From contig CAKUXV010000001.1 of NCBI GenBank assembly GCA_934700895.1, forward strand, positions 60,070 to 124,069: a stretch of DNA of 64,000 nucleotides, in the 5' to 3' direction. This document shows, piece after piece, positions 48,829 to 58,477 of this stretch. The notes beneath the pieces are model-generated. The model worked only from the letters and a program-made list of their open reading frames with translations, searched no databases and had not been told where the DNA came from. The stretch comes from an uncultured Bacilli bacterium. GTDB taxonomy: Bacteria > Bacillota_I > Bacilli_A > RFN20 > CAG-826. Each line of letters starts with the position of its first letter. The first letter of the stretch is position 1. Both the position numbers and the translations under genes were made by a program.

Positions 48829-50130
48829 ATGAAGATTGTTTTTGTGCTCGAATGCGCGAATATCCTCAACAATGGCACGACGGCCACCTGCCTTCGTTTT
48901 GCCAAAGGATTGAAGGCAAAGGGACACGAAGTTCGTCTTGTTGGGACGACTTATAACAATCCAGACGACGCCCCTGACGATTATTATCCTCAAGAGCCAT
49001 TCCACTTTCCTTTTTTCCAGTGGTTGATTGCTAAAGAAGGTTTTACCTTTTGCCACGTGGATGACGTGAGTTTATATTATGCGATTCAAGATGCGGATCT
49101 CGTCCATTTATTCTTGCCCTTTAAACTCGAAAGCCATGCTCGGCTGATTGCGGAATCTTTGGGGGTTCCTGTCACCAGTGCCTTCCACCTTTTGCCTCAA
49201 AACATTACATCAGCCATCCATTTAGGATGGACGCACGGCATCAACACCATCCTTTTCAATTCCTTTCGGCGTTATCAATACGATTACACCAAATACGTCC
49301 ATTGCCCAAGCACGATGACGGCAAGAGAAATTCGTTTGCATCATTATCGAAGAAGCGTCCCCGTGGTGATTTCTAACGGGGTGAACACCGATTTTTTCCA
49401 TCCGATTGAAACGAAAAAACCCAAGGAACTAGAAGGCTTGTTTGTCGTTACGGCCGTCGGAAGGCTTGCTCACGAAAAAAGGCAGGATTTGCTGATTAAA
49501 GCCGTGGCAAAAAGCAAATATAACGATAAGATTCAATTAATCCTCTGTGGGCAAGGGCCGGAGAAGAAGCGTTATCTCCGTTTAGCGAAGAAAGTAGGCC
49601 TAGCCCATCCTTTAATTATTCAATTCTGTAAGCAGGACCATCTCCGCGAAATCCTGAATTGGAGTGATTTGTATGTCCATTGCAGCGATTTTGAAATCGA
49701 AGGGATTTCTTGCATCGAAGCTTTCGCCTGTGGCGCCGTCCCCATCATCGCGGACGCCTATATGTCAGCGACCAATACGTTCTCGTTGGACAATCGATGC
49801 TTGTTCCATCATGGCAGCGTCCGTTCCTTAACCAAACGGATCGATTATTTCCTCGACAACCCATTGATTCGCATGGATTTGCGTCAAAAATATATCGATA
49901 ATGCGAAGAATTATGCTTTGCCTTTGATGATTGATCAATTCGAAAAGATGCTTCTCATCGCCGTGGAAGACCATAAACACGGAACGGATTGGCCTAGCTT
50001 AGAAAGACGGAAAAAGGACATCGTTAAATCCCGTCGTATTTTCAAAAAACTGATCAAACAAGGGGTGGTAGAAGAGATGCCGGAATCTCTTGTTAATCCT
50101 TTTGCATTTTTTCTCCGTTCATTAAAATAA
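48829..50130 (+). CDS. Glycosyltransferase family 4 (second glycolipid-synthase-like GT4)
   Basis: GT-B fold. N-terminus MKIVFVLECANILNNGTTATCLRFAKGLKAKGHEV; the C-terminal domain has the E...E motif region (FEIEGISCIEAFACGAVPI). Confidence 0.7.
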   Translation: MKIVFVLECANILNNGTTATCLRFAKGLKAKGHEVRLVGTTYNNPDDAPDDYYPQEPFHFPFFQWLIAKEGFTFCHVDDVSLYYAIQDADLVHLFLPFKLESHARLIAESLGVPVTSAFHLLPQNITSAIHLGWTHGINTILFNSFRRYQYDYTKYVHCPSTMTAREIRLHHYRRSVPVVISNGVNTDFFHPIETKKPKELEGLFVVTAVGRLAHEKRQDLLIKAVAKSKYNDKIQLILCGQGPEKKRYLRLAKKVGLAHPLIIQFCKQDHLREILNWSDLYVHCSDFEIEGISCIEAFACGAVPIIADAYMSATNTFSLDNRCLFHHGSVRSLTKRIDYFLDNPLIRMDLRQKYIDNAKNYALPLMIDQFEKMLLIAVEDHKHGTDWPSLERRKKDIVKSRRIFKKLIKQGVVEEMPESLVNPFAFFLRSLK

Positions 50131-50134
50131 CTAC

Positions 50135-51209
50135 GTGGACTTATCCAAAATTGCCCGGGGATTAAAGGTCGCTTCCGCCCTTATGGAAGACGAAGGACGC
50201 ATTACGCCCGATGTCATTTTAGATGGCTTCTTTTCGGGACGGTTTTCCGATACAAAGAAATATTTTGAATCCATCCATTCCTTAATAGAAATGAACCAAC
50301 GGGATTTCCCCGATTTGGCCCAACGAGAACTCGTGACCTTCCCTTCTGGCAAAAACATCTTGCAAGGATATCTTTACCACAAGGAAAACCCCAAGGGTCT
50401 CATTCTCTATGTTCATGGCTTAAAAGGGATGGCGGATGACCAATACGCGATGGGGATTCACGAATTTTTAGTTCGCGGATATTCCGTATTCGCCTTTGAT
50501 TTAACGTGCTCGGGAAGGAGTAGCGGTTTGTCGATTCCGGGATTGCAACAAAGTGCGATCGACGTTGCCGCGGCGAGGTCCTATTTATCGCAGCGCCCGG
50601 ATTTAGCATCTTTCGATTGCTTTGGTTTCGGGCATTCTTGGGGCGCGTATGGTGTCAGCGCCAGCCTAGGGCTAGGGGCGTCTTTTCAAGCATTATGCGC
50701 CTGCGCTGGATTTACTAGCCCCTTGGAAGAAATGCTTGCGGCTCCCGCATCCTACGTGGGATCGATTGTTGAAACCAATAAGGACCAACTAGAAGAGGCC
50801 ATCCGAAAAACGCGACCCTCTTTATTACAACCTTTCCGCATCGAGCTCGTTGGAAAATAGCACTGTCCCTTGCTTGATTGTTCAAGGGGACAATGACCGC
50901 ACCGTTCCTTTGCTTCGCTCTTCGATTTATGGTGCTCTTTCATATCGAAAACAACCGCATGTCTCCCTTCTTTTGCAAAAAGGAAAGGGACATATGGACT
51001 TATTGTTCGATACCTATAGTTATCAATATCGCAAAAAAATCGAAGAAATGGCCAAGCCCCTTAAAAAGCAATTTGGCAAGAAAATTTCGGGTTGGCCGGA
51101 AGAAGAAGTGAAGAGATTCCAATCCTCTTTTTCTAAACCGATGTGCGGGGTGGCCAATGCATCTTTATTTGATGAAGCGGATGCGTTTTTTACCTCTTTT
51201 CATTCCTAA
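50135..51209 (+). pseudogene. Alpha/beta hydrolase split by a frameshift into two ORFs
   Basis: ORF1 (50135-50860, GTG start) carries the nucleophile elbow GHSWGA. ORF2 (50850-51209, TTG, different frame) carries the acid (CLIVQGDNDRTVP) and His (GKGHMDL) of the same catalytic triad. A frameshift near 50830-50860 explains the split. Confidence 0.6.
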
Positions 51210-51258
51210 TATCCGTTCTCTTCGATTTTTATGATGGAGGGGATATAATCCTTGCAAC

Positions 51259-53643
51259 ATGACTAAGAAAACAAAACAACAACGTCAGGCATTGACCCTT
51301 AGGGAAAGATGCCACCTTCTTCATGGGAACGGAGAATGGAAACTACATGGCTGCAAACGATTGGGAATCGAAGGGGTAGAGATGCATGATGGCCCGCTTG
51401 GGTTACGGGTGCGCTCCCCCAAAGAAGTGGATTCCACTTGCTATCCCGCGCCTTGCTTATTGGCCTGCAGTTGGGACGTTGAACTGGAAAAGCAAATCGG
51501 CCGAGCCATAGCCGAAGAATGCGCCTTAAAGGGAACGGATGTTTTGCTGGCTCCGGGAGTCAACATCAAACGGAATCCTTTATGTGGCCGTAATTTTGAA
51601 TATTTGTCCGAAGATCCTTTGCTTTCTGGCAAAATGGGAGCAGCTTTCATCCAAGGCGTCCAAAGCAATTCCGTTGCCGCCTGCGTCAAGCATTTCGCCT
51701 GCAATAGCCAAGAGAGCTATCGATTCATCAATGATTCGATCGTTGACGAACGGGCGATGCATGAAATCTACCTTAAAGCCTTTGAAATCGTTGTAAAGGA
51801 AGCGGACCCTTGGTCGATGATGTCCGCCTATAACATCGTCAACGGGGTTCATTGCAGCGATAACGAATATCTTCTCGTGGATATCCTTCGTGATTCTTGG
51901 GGGTATGAAGGCGTTGTCATGAGCGATTGGGGCGGAACTTATGATCCCGTTTATTCCCATCAACATGGCTTAGATGTTGAAATGCCCTGCTATGCGAAAG
52001 AACGCACGACAGAATTATTACGAGCGACCAAATCCGGGCGTTTGTCTTTAGATAAAATGACGGAGTCCGCGGACCGCGTCTTGAATTTAATCTCCAAAAT
52101 TAGAGAAGGAGATAAAGTGGCACAGTGGGATGCCCAAAAGTGCCACGAATTAGCGGTTAAGGCAGCGGAAGAATCCATCGTATTATTAAAAAATGATAAC
52201 AACATTCTTCCTTTGTCCAAAACACTGATGGGCGCCTGCGTCATCGGCGCATTCGCCGAAACTCCACGTTATAACGGTGGGGGATCGAGTAAAGTCTATA
52301 CGGAGCATTCCATTTCCTTCCTCGATGCGATTAACCGAGAGCTCCCCTTTGCTAGCGGGTATTCCTTTAAACCGAATTCCGATTCCAAAGCCCTGCTATT
52401 CAATGCGGTCGATTTGGCTTCTCGAAGCAAAACCGTCCTCTATTTCATGGGGCTGCCCGAAGAAAACGAATCGGAAGGCTATGACCGTGAGACGATGAAT
52501 CTTCCGGAGAATCAGCTTGCCCTATTCGATGCCCTTTATTCCGCGAACCCCAACATTGTCGTTATTCTTTCGTGCGGGGGCCCTGTTGTTTTGCCTTTCC
52601 GCGACCGTGCCAAAGCGATTCTATTAACGTATTTAGCGGGAGAAGGAAGCGGAGAAGCCATTCGTGACATCCTTTCAGGAGGATGTTCCCCCTGCGGCAA
52701 ATTGGCGGAGACGTGGCCGTTACATGAAAGCGATGTTCCTTCCTTTGGCTTTTATCCGGGCTTCCAACGTCAATCGATTTATAAGGAATCCATTTATGTT
52801 GGATATCGTTATTACCTGACTTCCGGGGTCAAGGTCGCTTATCCCTTCGGACACGGCTTATCCTATAACCGTTTCTCCTATTTGCTTCGTTGTGAGTCTT
52901 CTCATCTTGAAACAGGGAAAACCATTTGCGTGTATGCAAACGTCACCAACAAAAGCTCTCGTCCTGGGAAGACCGTTTTGGAACTATACGCGGAATCCCC
53001 CAAAGGGAACGCCTTTAAAGCGAAACGCGTCTTGGTTGCCTTTAAGAAAGTGTCCTTAAAAGAAGGGGAGACCCAGGTGGTTTCCTTTGATTTGACCCAA
53101 AACGATTTTGCCATTTACGATACGGAGACCCATGAGTTCCAAGTTGAAGGCGGAACCTATATTTTGGCTTTAGGCACTAGCTCCGAGAACATCGTTTCAA
53201 CCTTGGATTTGAACGTGGATGGAACCCGCACTTTGCCCAATCTCCGCGAAAAGTGCCCCATTTATTATGCCGTTCCCCATGGGGGCTTCACCCAATACGA
53301 TGATGAGTTCGAGACCTTATTGGGCCGTCCTTTGACCTTGGATAAAGACCGTCGGGAACGTCCCTTTGACCGTGATTCTACCATGGAAGATATCAGCTGG
53401 ACCGCGGTGGGCAAAAAGAGACGGAAACAGTTCGTCAAAGAGCATGCGGATTGGACGCCAATTCAAATCAAATCGGGTTTTGATGACGCTCCGATCCGTC
53501 AAATTGCCAAAGACCAAAGCCAACGGGATGTGCGGCGTCTCATCGATTATGCAAACGGCCATTATATCCGTGGTTTTATCCATGGACTAATTCCGGCGAA
53601 AACCAAGGATTTCTACGCGGATCAAAAGGTGAAAAAGAAATAA
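51259..53643 (+). CDS. Glycoside hydrolase family 3 beta-glucosidase (BglB/BglX-like, with a C-terminal Fn3-like domain)
   Basis: 794 aa. GH3 motifs KHFACNSQESYR and SDWGG (nucleophile Asp region). Confidence 0.85.
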   Translation: MTKKTKQQRQALTLRERCHLLHGNGEWKLHGCKRLGIEGVEMHDGPLGLRVRSPKEVDSTCYPAPCLLACSWDVELEKQIGRAIAEECALKGTDVLLAPGVNIKRNPLCGRNFEYLSEDPLLSGKMGAAFIQGVQSNSVAACVKHFACNSQESYRFINDSIVDERAMHEIYLKAFEIVVKEADPWSMMSAYNIVNGVHCSDNEYLLVDILRDSWGYEGVVMSDWGGTYDPVYSHQHGLDVEMPCYAKERTTELLRATKSGRLSLDKMTESADRVLNLISKIREGDKVAQWDAQKCHELAVKAAEESIVLLKNDNNILPLSKTLMGACVIGAFAETPRYNGGGSSKVYTEHSISFLDAINRELPFASGYSFKPNSDSKALLFNAVDLASRSKTVLYFMGLPEENESEGYDRETMNLPENQLALFDALYSANPNIVVILSCGGPVVLPFRDRAKAILLTYLAGEGSGEAIRDILSGGCSPCGKLAETWPLHESDVPSFGFYPGFQRQSIYKESIYVGYRYYLTSGVKVAYPFGHGLSYNRFSYLLRCESSHLETGKTICVYANVTNKSSRPGKTVLELYAESPKGNAFKAKRVLVAFKKVSLKEGETQVVSFDLTQNDFAIYDTETHEFQVEGGTYILALGTSSENIVSTLDLNVDGTRTLPNLREKCPIYYAVPHGGFTQYDDEFETLLGRPLTLDKDRRERPFDRDSTMEDISWTAVGKKRRKQFVKEHADWTPIQIKSGFDDAPIRQIAKDQSQRDVRRLIDYANGHYIRGFIHGLIPAKTKDFYADQKVKKK

Positions 53644-53690
53644 AGGAACATTCGATTTTTGCCTCAGAGAAGTATATAGTATTTCCGCGT

Positions 53691-53775
53691 GCACTGGTGG
53701 CGGAATTGGTATACGCGCTAGTCTCAGGAGCTAGTCGGGCAACCGGTGTGGGTTCGACTCCCATCCAGTGCACCA
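53691..53775 (+). tRNA. tRNA-Leu (anticodon CAG)
   Basis: Acceptor stem GCACUGG/CCAGUGC, anticodon loop CUCAGGA, long variable arm, T-arm GGUUCGACUCC, and an encoded CCA (ACCA at the 3' end). Confidence 0.85.
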
Positions 53776-53780
53776 TTTAC

Positions 53781-53856
53781 GCGCTCGTAGCTCAGCTGGA
53801 TAGAGTACAACCCTCCGAAGGTTGGGGTCAGGCGTTCGAATCGCCTCGGGCGCGCC
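53781..53856 (+). tRNA. tRNA-Arg (anticodon CCG)
   Basis: GCGCUCG acceptor, D-arm GCUCAGCUGGAUAGAGU, anticodon loop CUCCGAA, T-arm GGCGUUCGAAUCGCC, 3' CGGGCGC-G-CCA. Confidence 0.85.
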
Positions 53857-53865
53857 ATTTAGATA

Positions 53866-53897
53866 AAAACGACCTAGATTCGTCTAGGTCGTTTTTG
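53866..53897 (+). terminator. Rho-independent terminator after the tRNA pair
   Basis: AAAAACGACCTAGA-ttcg-TCTAGGTCGTTTTT perfect hairpin with a T-tract. Confidence 0.8.
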
Positions 53898-54128
53898 CTA
53901 GAGACAGAACGTTTTGTCGGCGTTGGAATGTCCTTTCGATAATTCCAAAATCATTTTTCGTTTTTTCGACAACTCGATTCTGGAACTCAAGAAACTGTTT
54001 GTATTTTGGTGGAGGAAATCCGCTAAAGTATGGTTGAATGGGGACTTATATGAAGAATGCTTTATTGTGTTTATCGCTAATAATTCCACTTTTTCATACT
54101 CTCACTCTCCGAAGCGTAATGCGAAAAC

Positions 54129-54698
54129 TTAAGATAGAAAAAGGCCTTTTTTAAGGGAGATCTGTTCGTTTAACCAATCAGCATAGCTCAATCGGGTCGG
54201 CTTCCATTTGTCGTCTAAAATAATCGGGCGTATAAGAAGTGGTGAAAACCAAGTCCACCTTTTACCCAAACTATTTTTCAATTCATCTTCCAATTCGCCT
54301 TGTTCGATCAAAGTTTTGATGTTTCCTTTATCGCGCTGGATGTCGATGTCGCTGCTGGGATTGGCATCTCCTCTAGCATAGCTGCCAAATAAATAGATTT
54401 TGGTTATACCGTGATTTCCAAGAACACCCTTGAGTATTTTCTTGATTTCACCCAATTTTAAAACGGATGGACGAATGCCTTCTTTAATCAAATTTAATAT
54501 ATAGCCATTTTTAGGAGGCGCATCGATTACTTTTCCGATAATGTCTTCGCTCTTTTGGGGATTCGCAACAAAACGGAATAATATTTTTTCTTGTTGTAAT
54601 CGGAAATATATTTTAATTGATTCGACGTCGTGAGTCCCTTCTTCAAACATATGACAGCATATAATTGAGAAAAGAGCGTCGTAAAAATCAAACGCCAT
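54129..54698 (-). CDS. Nucleotidyltransferase-domain protein (minimal nucleotidyltransferase / Pol-beta superfamily) with a 75-aa N-terminal extension
   Basis: IYLFGSYARGDANPSSDIDI is the canonical GS-x9-13-DxD nucleotidyltransferase motif. No HEPN partner is recognisable nearby. Confidence 0.6.
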   Translation of the reverse strand: MAFDFYDALFSIICCHMFEEGTHDVESIKIYFRLQQEKILFRFVANPQKSEDIIGKVIDAPPKNGYILNLIKEGIRPSVLKLGEIKKILKGVLGNHGITKIYLFGSYARGDANPSSDIDIQRDKGNIKTLIEQGELEDELKNSLGKRWTWFSPLLIRPIILDDKWKPTRLSYADWLNEQISLKKGLFLS

Positions 54699-54799
54699 TA
54701 AAAATCGTGGATTTATCTTAGAAAGGCAATTCTGCTAAGTAATCGAAAACGAAAGAGGAAGCCTATATGCTAAAACCGAGGATAATGAAAACGAACCTT

Positions 54800-56287
54800 T
54801 TATTTTGTTCTGTTATTCTCATCGTCCTTGGATAATTTTTGGAAATAATAAATCATCGGAACCAGAGCGATTAAAGGACTGGCGATCCAGGCGATGGGGT
54901 CACCTAATGCCGCGCCTAAGAAGGAAAGAGGGGTTGCTTCGGTTGTGATGGCCCCTCCATTCATTAACGCAGGAACAAATGAACATACCAAAACGCGGGC
55001 CACTAATTCGCCAACGCCCGACAAGAAGGGAAACAAAGGCTTTTCTAATCCCTGCAATGCGTTGCGGAACAAAATCAAAATCATGAGCAAAATCAAAGAG
55101 GGGACGGCCGCGTAAAGATAGATGTTCCCAAATTCGATGGAACGCTCATTGATTTTTTCTGGCGACAAGAAAAGGTACTGATACGCTCCGTTGATCGTTA
55201 ATAGAAGTCCCACAACGGTGGTAATCGCGTAGCATACCATTCCAATCCAGAACGCGGCCCATACCCCTTGCTTGATGCGTTTATGGTCACCTGCGCCAAG
55301 ATTTTGACCGACAAAGGCCAGGATTGCCGTGCCAATCGCGTTATAAGGAACCATCAAGAGGTTGATGATTTTGCAGGCAGCCCCATACCCTAATTGGGCG
55401 GGCATCGAGGCCAGCATGCTGCCGTCGGGTTGAATGTCAAAACGAATGATCGCGTTTTGCATGACGATGCAGCCGATGGCTAGAATCGAAAACTGAAATC
55501 CCGACGGGAATCCGTTTTTGATATGACGCATATACTCTTTGAAGGAGAAGTTCATGTCTTCTTTGTGAAGACGTAATTTGGGATAACGGATGTAGGCATA
55601 AATCATGGCCCCCGCCGCGGCAAGGCCTTGACTCAAAATGGTGGCCCACGCGCTTCCAGCAACCCCCCAATGGAAGACTTGAATAAAAAGCAGGTCGAGA
55701 CCAATGTTGGCAATCGTGGAGAAAACCAGGAACAAGAAGGGGTTGAAGGAGTCTCCCATGGCCCGAAGCACGGCGACGATCATGTTGTAGAAAACCTGGG
55801 CAATCGTCCCGCCGAATATAATGATGAGGTAGGTATAGGCGGCTTCATATTGAGTCTGCATGGCTAGGTCGACTTCCGAGGGGTGGATGCCTAACGTCCC
55901 AAGCAAAGCGGGGATGAACAAAATCCCCAAAACCGTCAGGATAAGCGAGACAAAGAAGCAAAGGACAATTTGAATAAAATAGGATTGACGCATCCTCTTT
56001 TCGTCTTTGGCTCCGATGGCTCCGGCGATGACGACGCTGAATCCATTCGTGCACCCCAACCCAAAATAAATGACGATGAAAATGAGAGAAGAGGAATTGT
56101 TGACCCCGGCTACCGCGGGTTCGGAAAGTGTTTGGCCAACGATGATCGCGTCAGTCAACGTGTAGATCTGTTGAAAGATCAGCGACAATATGGTTGGTAC
56201 CAAGAAGGCAATCAAACCCTTGTAGATAGACCCCTTGGTTAAATCGATGGGGGCGAAGAGAGAACGAAATTTCTTCCAAAGTTTCAT
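54800..56287 (-). CDS. MATE-family efflux transporter
   Basis: 495 aa with 12 TM helices; the N-terminus LIAFLVPTILSLIFQQIYTLTDAIIVGQ is typical of MATE (NorM/DinF-like). Confidence 0.85.
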   Translation of the reverse strand: MKLWKKFRSLFAPIDLTKGSIYKGLIAFLVPTILSLIFQQIYTLTDAIIVGQTLSEPAVAGVNNSSSLIFIVIYFGLGCTNGFSVVIAGAIGAKDEKRMRQSYFIQIVLCFFVSLILTVLGILFIPALLGTLGIHPSEVDLAMQTQYEAAYTYLIIIFGGTIAQVFYNMIVAVLRAMGDSFNPFLFLVFSTIANIGLDLLFIQVFHWGVAGSAWATILSQGLAAAGAMIYAYIRYPKLRLHKEDMNFSFKEYMRHIKNGFPSGFQFSILAIGCIVMQNAIIRFDIQPDGSMLASMPAQLGYGAACKIINLLMVPYNAIGTAILAFVGQNLGAGDHKRIKQGVWAAFWIGMVCYAITTVVGLLLTINGAYQYLFLSPEKINERSIEFGNIYLYAAVPSLILLMILILFRNALQGLEKPLFPFLSGVGELVARVLVCSFVPALMNGGAITTEATPLSFLGAALGDPIAWIASPLIALVPMIYYFQKLSKDDENNRTK

Positions 56288-56355
56288 AACGGCCGTGATT
56301 GTAACCGCGATGAAAAAAAGATGGTATAGATACCGCTTACAAAGTAAAAAGAAAT

Positions 56356-57087
56356 TTAATCGTGACGGCGAGGGTCATCGAAGGTTTCGGAAAAACGCGC
56401 GGCAAAAGAAGGTTCTAAACCCGCTAAATCGAGATGGGGCGTTCCTCCGAATTGGTTCATGCGGAAGCTTGCAATACCTTCTCGCCGCTCTTCGGTATAA
56501 AGAGAAGTAATCGAGCTAGGAACCGCACACGTCCCCTGCCAAAAGGTGACGGGGCTTGCGTTTAATAAATAGGAAAGCATCACGCTTTCTACTCCGAAAT
56601 GGCAGAAGAAAGCGATGGTTTGTTGGTTCCCTTTTTTGGTTTCGAAATGGTGATTGACTTTACGATATCCGTGAAGGTTCAAAACGCTTTCTAGCCCTTT
56701 GCAAACTTCTTCGTACTGTCCTTTTAAATCCTTACTTTCTCGGTAAAAAGGCAAAGACTCCATCCATCGAGAAGGATCAAAGCAAGCATCTCCCCCTTGT
56801 TCTAAGGTAGAAGGGAGGATATCCCAACTGATGTGGGTGCTATCGTGAGGAGCCAAAGCGCGGAATTCGCGTAGCCAATCTAAAGTCATTGGCTTCACGG
56901 AAGTCCTGCTTTCTCTTAAATAGGGTTCCAACGTCTTTTGGGCACGCCCTAAAGGAGAAACGTAAATCGCATCGATGGGGGTGTTTTTGAGGTATTTAGC
57001 CAGGGCATTAGCCTCTAATTGGCCCTGTTTGGTAAGCCCATCGATTTTGTAATCGGGGTCCGCGTGACGAAGGATTAAAATGCGCAT
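56356..57087 (-). CDS. Histidine phosphatase family protein (phosphoglycerate-mutase-like)
   Basis: N-terminal RHG-type motif MRILILRHADPDY ... G with a catalytic His, and a later SP.GRA motif. 243 aa. Confidence 0.8.
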   Translation of the reverse strand: MRILILRHADPDYKIDGLTKQGQLEANALAKYLKNTPIDAIYVSPLGRAQKTLEPYLRESRTSVKPMTLDWLREFRALAPHDSTHISWDILPSTLEQGGDACFDPSRWMESLPFYRESKDLKGQYEEVCKGLESVLNLHGYRKVNHHFETKKGNQQTIAFFCHFGVESVMLSYLLNASPVTFWQGTCAVPSSITSLYTEERREGIASFRMNQFGGTPHLDLAGLEPSFAARFSETFDDPRRHD

Positions 57088-57152
57088 AGAACAATCATAG
57101 TCGTTTTATATTTTGCTAAAAAGGGTTTGACCGTTATTTCTGGTTGCTCTAT

Positions 57153-57300
57153 GCTTTTGCTGCTTGAGGGAGTAGTCGTCGCCGCAAGGCGAGACCCGGC
57201 CAACAGCACTGCCTTCTCGAATCGGGAAGCCTGGCCTGTCTTCATTGACGAGACTTGAGCAAAGGCGTTTTGGCGCCTTTGCCCGGTCCCGTCTTTTTTG
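57153..57300 (+). ncRNA. Candidate yybP-ykoY-like (Mn2+) riboswitch leader preceding the cation antiporter gene
   Basis: A sigma-A promoter (TTGACC-17-TATGCT at 57127-57155) starts a 170-nt leader containing CUUGAGGGAGUAG (compare the yybP-ykoY GGGGAGUAG loop). A P1 candidate CUUUUGCU/AGCAAAGG brackets the element. The P1 3' strand overlaps a downstream hairpin GCAAAGGCG-uuuugg-CGCCUUUGC followed by a U-rich tract. Confidence 0.4.
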
Positions 57301-57330
57301 GTTCCGGGCCACCATGAGGAGGTACATTGT

Positions 57331-58368
57331 ATGTGGTGGATTTATCCGGTCTACGCCCTGGATTTAACGGCGATGATCGTCTTAGCTTTCTGGCTAGGAA
57401 ATTTGGTCGACATGCTAGATAAGAAGACGAAAGTCTCGGGAGCTTTTATCGGTGGCGTGTTGCTGGCCGCGGTGACTTCGCTTCCCGAACTATTCACGGC
57501 TCTTTCCGCCGTCTTTATTGTCAATGAGCCCGAATACGTCGTCGGCGATATTTTGGGTTCTATTATTTTTAATTTGGTTGTTTTGATGCTAGAAACCGTG
57601 ATGTTCATTAAGAATTTCAGGAAATCGAACGTCAAAAAATTCCACGTTATTAACGGAATCTTCTGCTTGGCGATGTATGGATTCGCCGCCTATGCCTTCT
57701 TCGCGCCGAAAGAATGGCAATTGATGCTAGGCGACATCAACTTTGTCAGTTTTTTGATTCTCGGCCTTTACGTCGTTTCTCTTATCATCCAGCCCAAGGA
57801 AGAACAAAAAGAAGAAGTCAAAGAGCAGGTTAGTTGGAGTTTAAAGAAAATCATTACCTTATTTGTCTTCTGCTCCATCGGTTTGATTGGAACTTCGATT
57901 GCTTTGACTTATCTCACCAAAATGATTCAAGAAGCCCTTCCTGCTTTATCGGGTTCTGTCGCAGGGGCCTTGCTGCTTGGGGTTGGAACTTCGATCCCCG
58001 AGGTCATTTCCACGGCTCAACTCTTCAAAAAGAAGAACTACGATGCCGGGATCGGCAACATGGTCGGATCCTGCACGTTTGACTTTGCTATCTTCGCCTT
58101 CGCTGACTGCGTGTCGTGGCATCCTTACAACAATCACGTGGATGCCTCGGGCGAATTCATCATTTCTCAGCGTGGCCTTTATATTGCTAGTCCTGATGCG
58201 ATTCAATTCGAAATCTATGGAGCGATTGTCTGCACTTTGGTGACCGGTTTCTTGGCTTTGAAGGTCTTTGCCCCTTTATTAAATAAGTGCAAAGGATGGA
58301 CCATTGCTTTGAGCAGCGTCACCGCGGCCGCGTGCCTTGCTTTGTATCTTGTAATCTTCTTCTTTTAA
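57331..58368 (+). CDS. Cation:cation antiporter of the CaCA family (YrbG / Na+:Ca2+ exchanger-like)
   Basis: Two alpha-repeats: GAFIGGVLLAAVTSLPELFT and GALLLGVGTSIPEVISTAQL. About 10 TM helices. GGAGG RBS before the ATG at 57331. Confidence 0.8.
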   Translation: MWWIYPVYALDLTAMIVLAFWLGNLVDMLDKKTKVSGAFIGGVLLAAVTSLPELFTALSAVFIVNEPEYVVGDILGSIIFNLVVLMLETVMFIKNFRKSNVKKFHVINGIFCLAMYGFAAYAFFAPKEWQLMLGDINFVSFLILGLYVVSLIIQPKEEQKEEVKEQVSWSLKKIITLFVFCSIGLIGTSIALTYLTKMIQEALPALSGSVAGALLLGVGTSIPEVISTAQLFKKKNYDAGIGNMVGSCTFDFAIFAFADCVSWHPYNNHVDASGEFIISQRGLYIASPDAIQFEIYGAIVCTLVTGFLALKVFAPLLNKCKGWTIALSSVTAAACLALYLVIFFF

Positions 58369-58402
58369 ACAAAACGTGGTCAAAATATCGGTTTGTAATA
58401 AA

Positions 58403-58415
58403 TGTCATTATGACA
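58403..58415. promoter_or_regulatory. Palindrome TGTCAT-T-ATGACA upstream of the gntR-like gene (candidate GntR/HutC operator)
   Basis: Perfect 6-bp arms with a 1-nt centre, 60 nt upstream of the regulator start. It is flanked by AAATGT direct repeats. Confidence 0.4.
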
Positions 58416-58477
58416 ATTCGTCGAAATGTATTATAAATGTCTTGAAATGAGAAAGATATTTTCTTAGAATATTGTTA

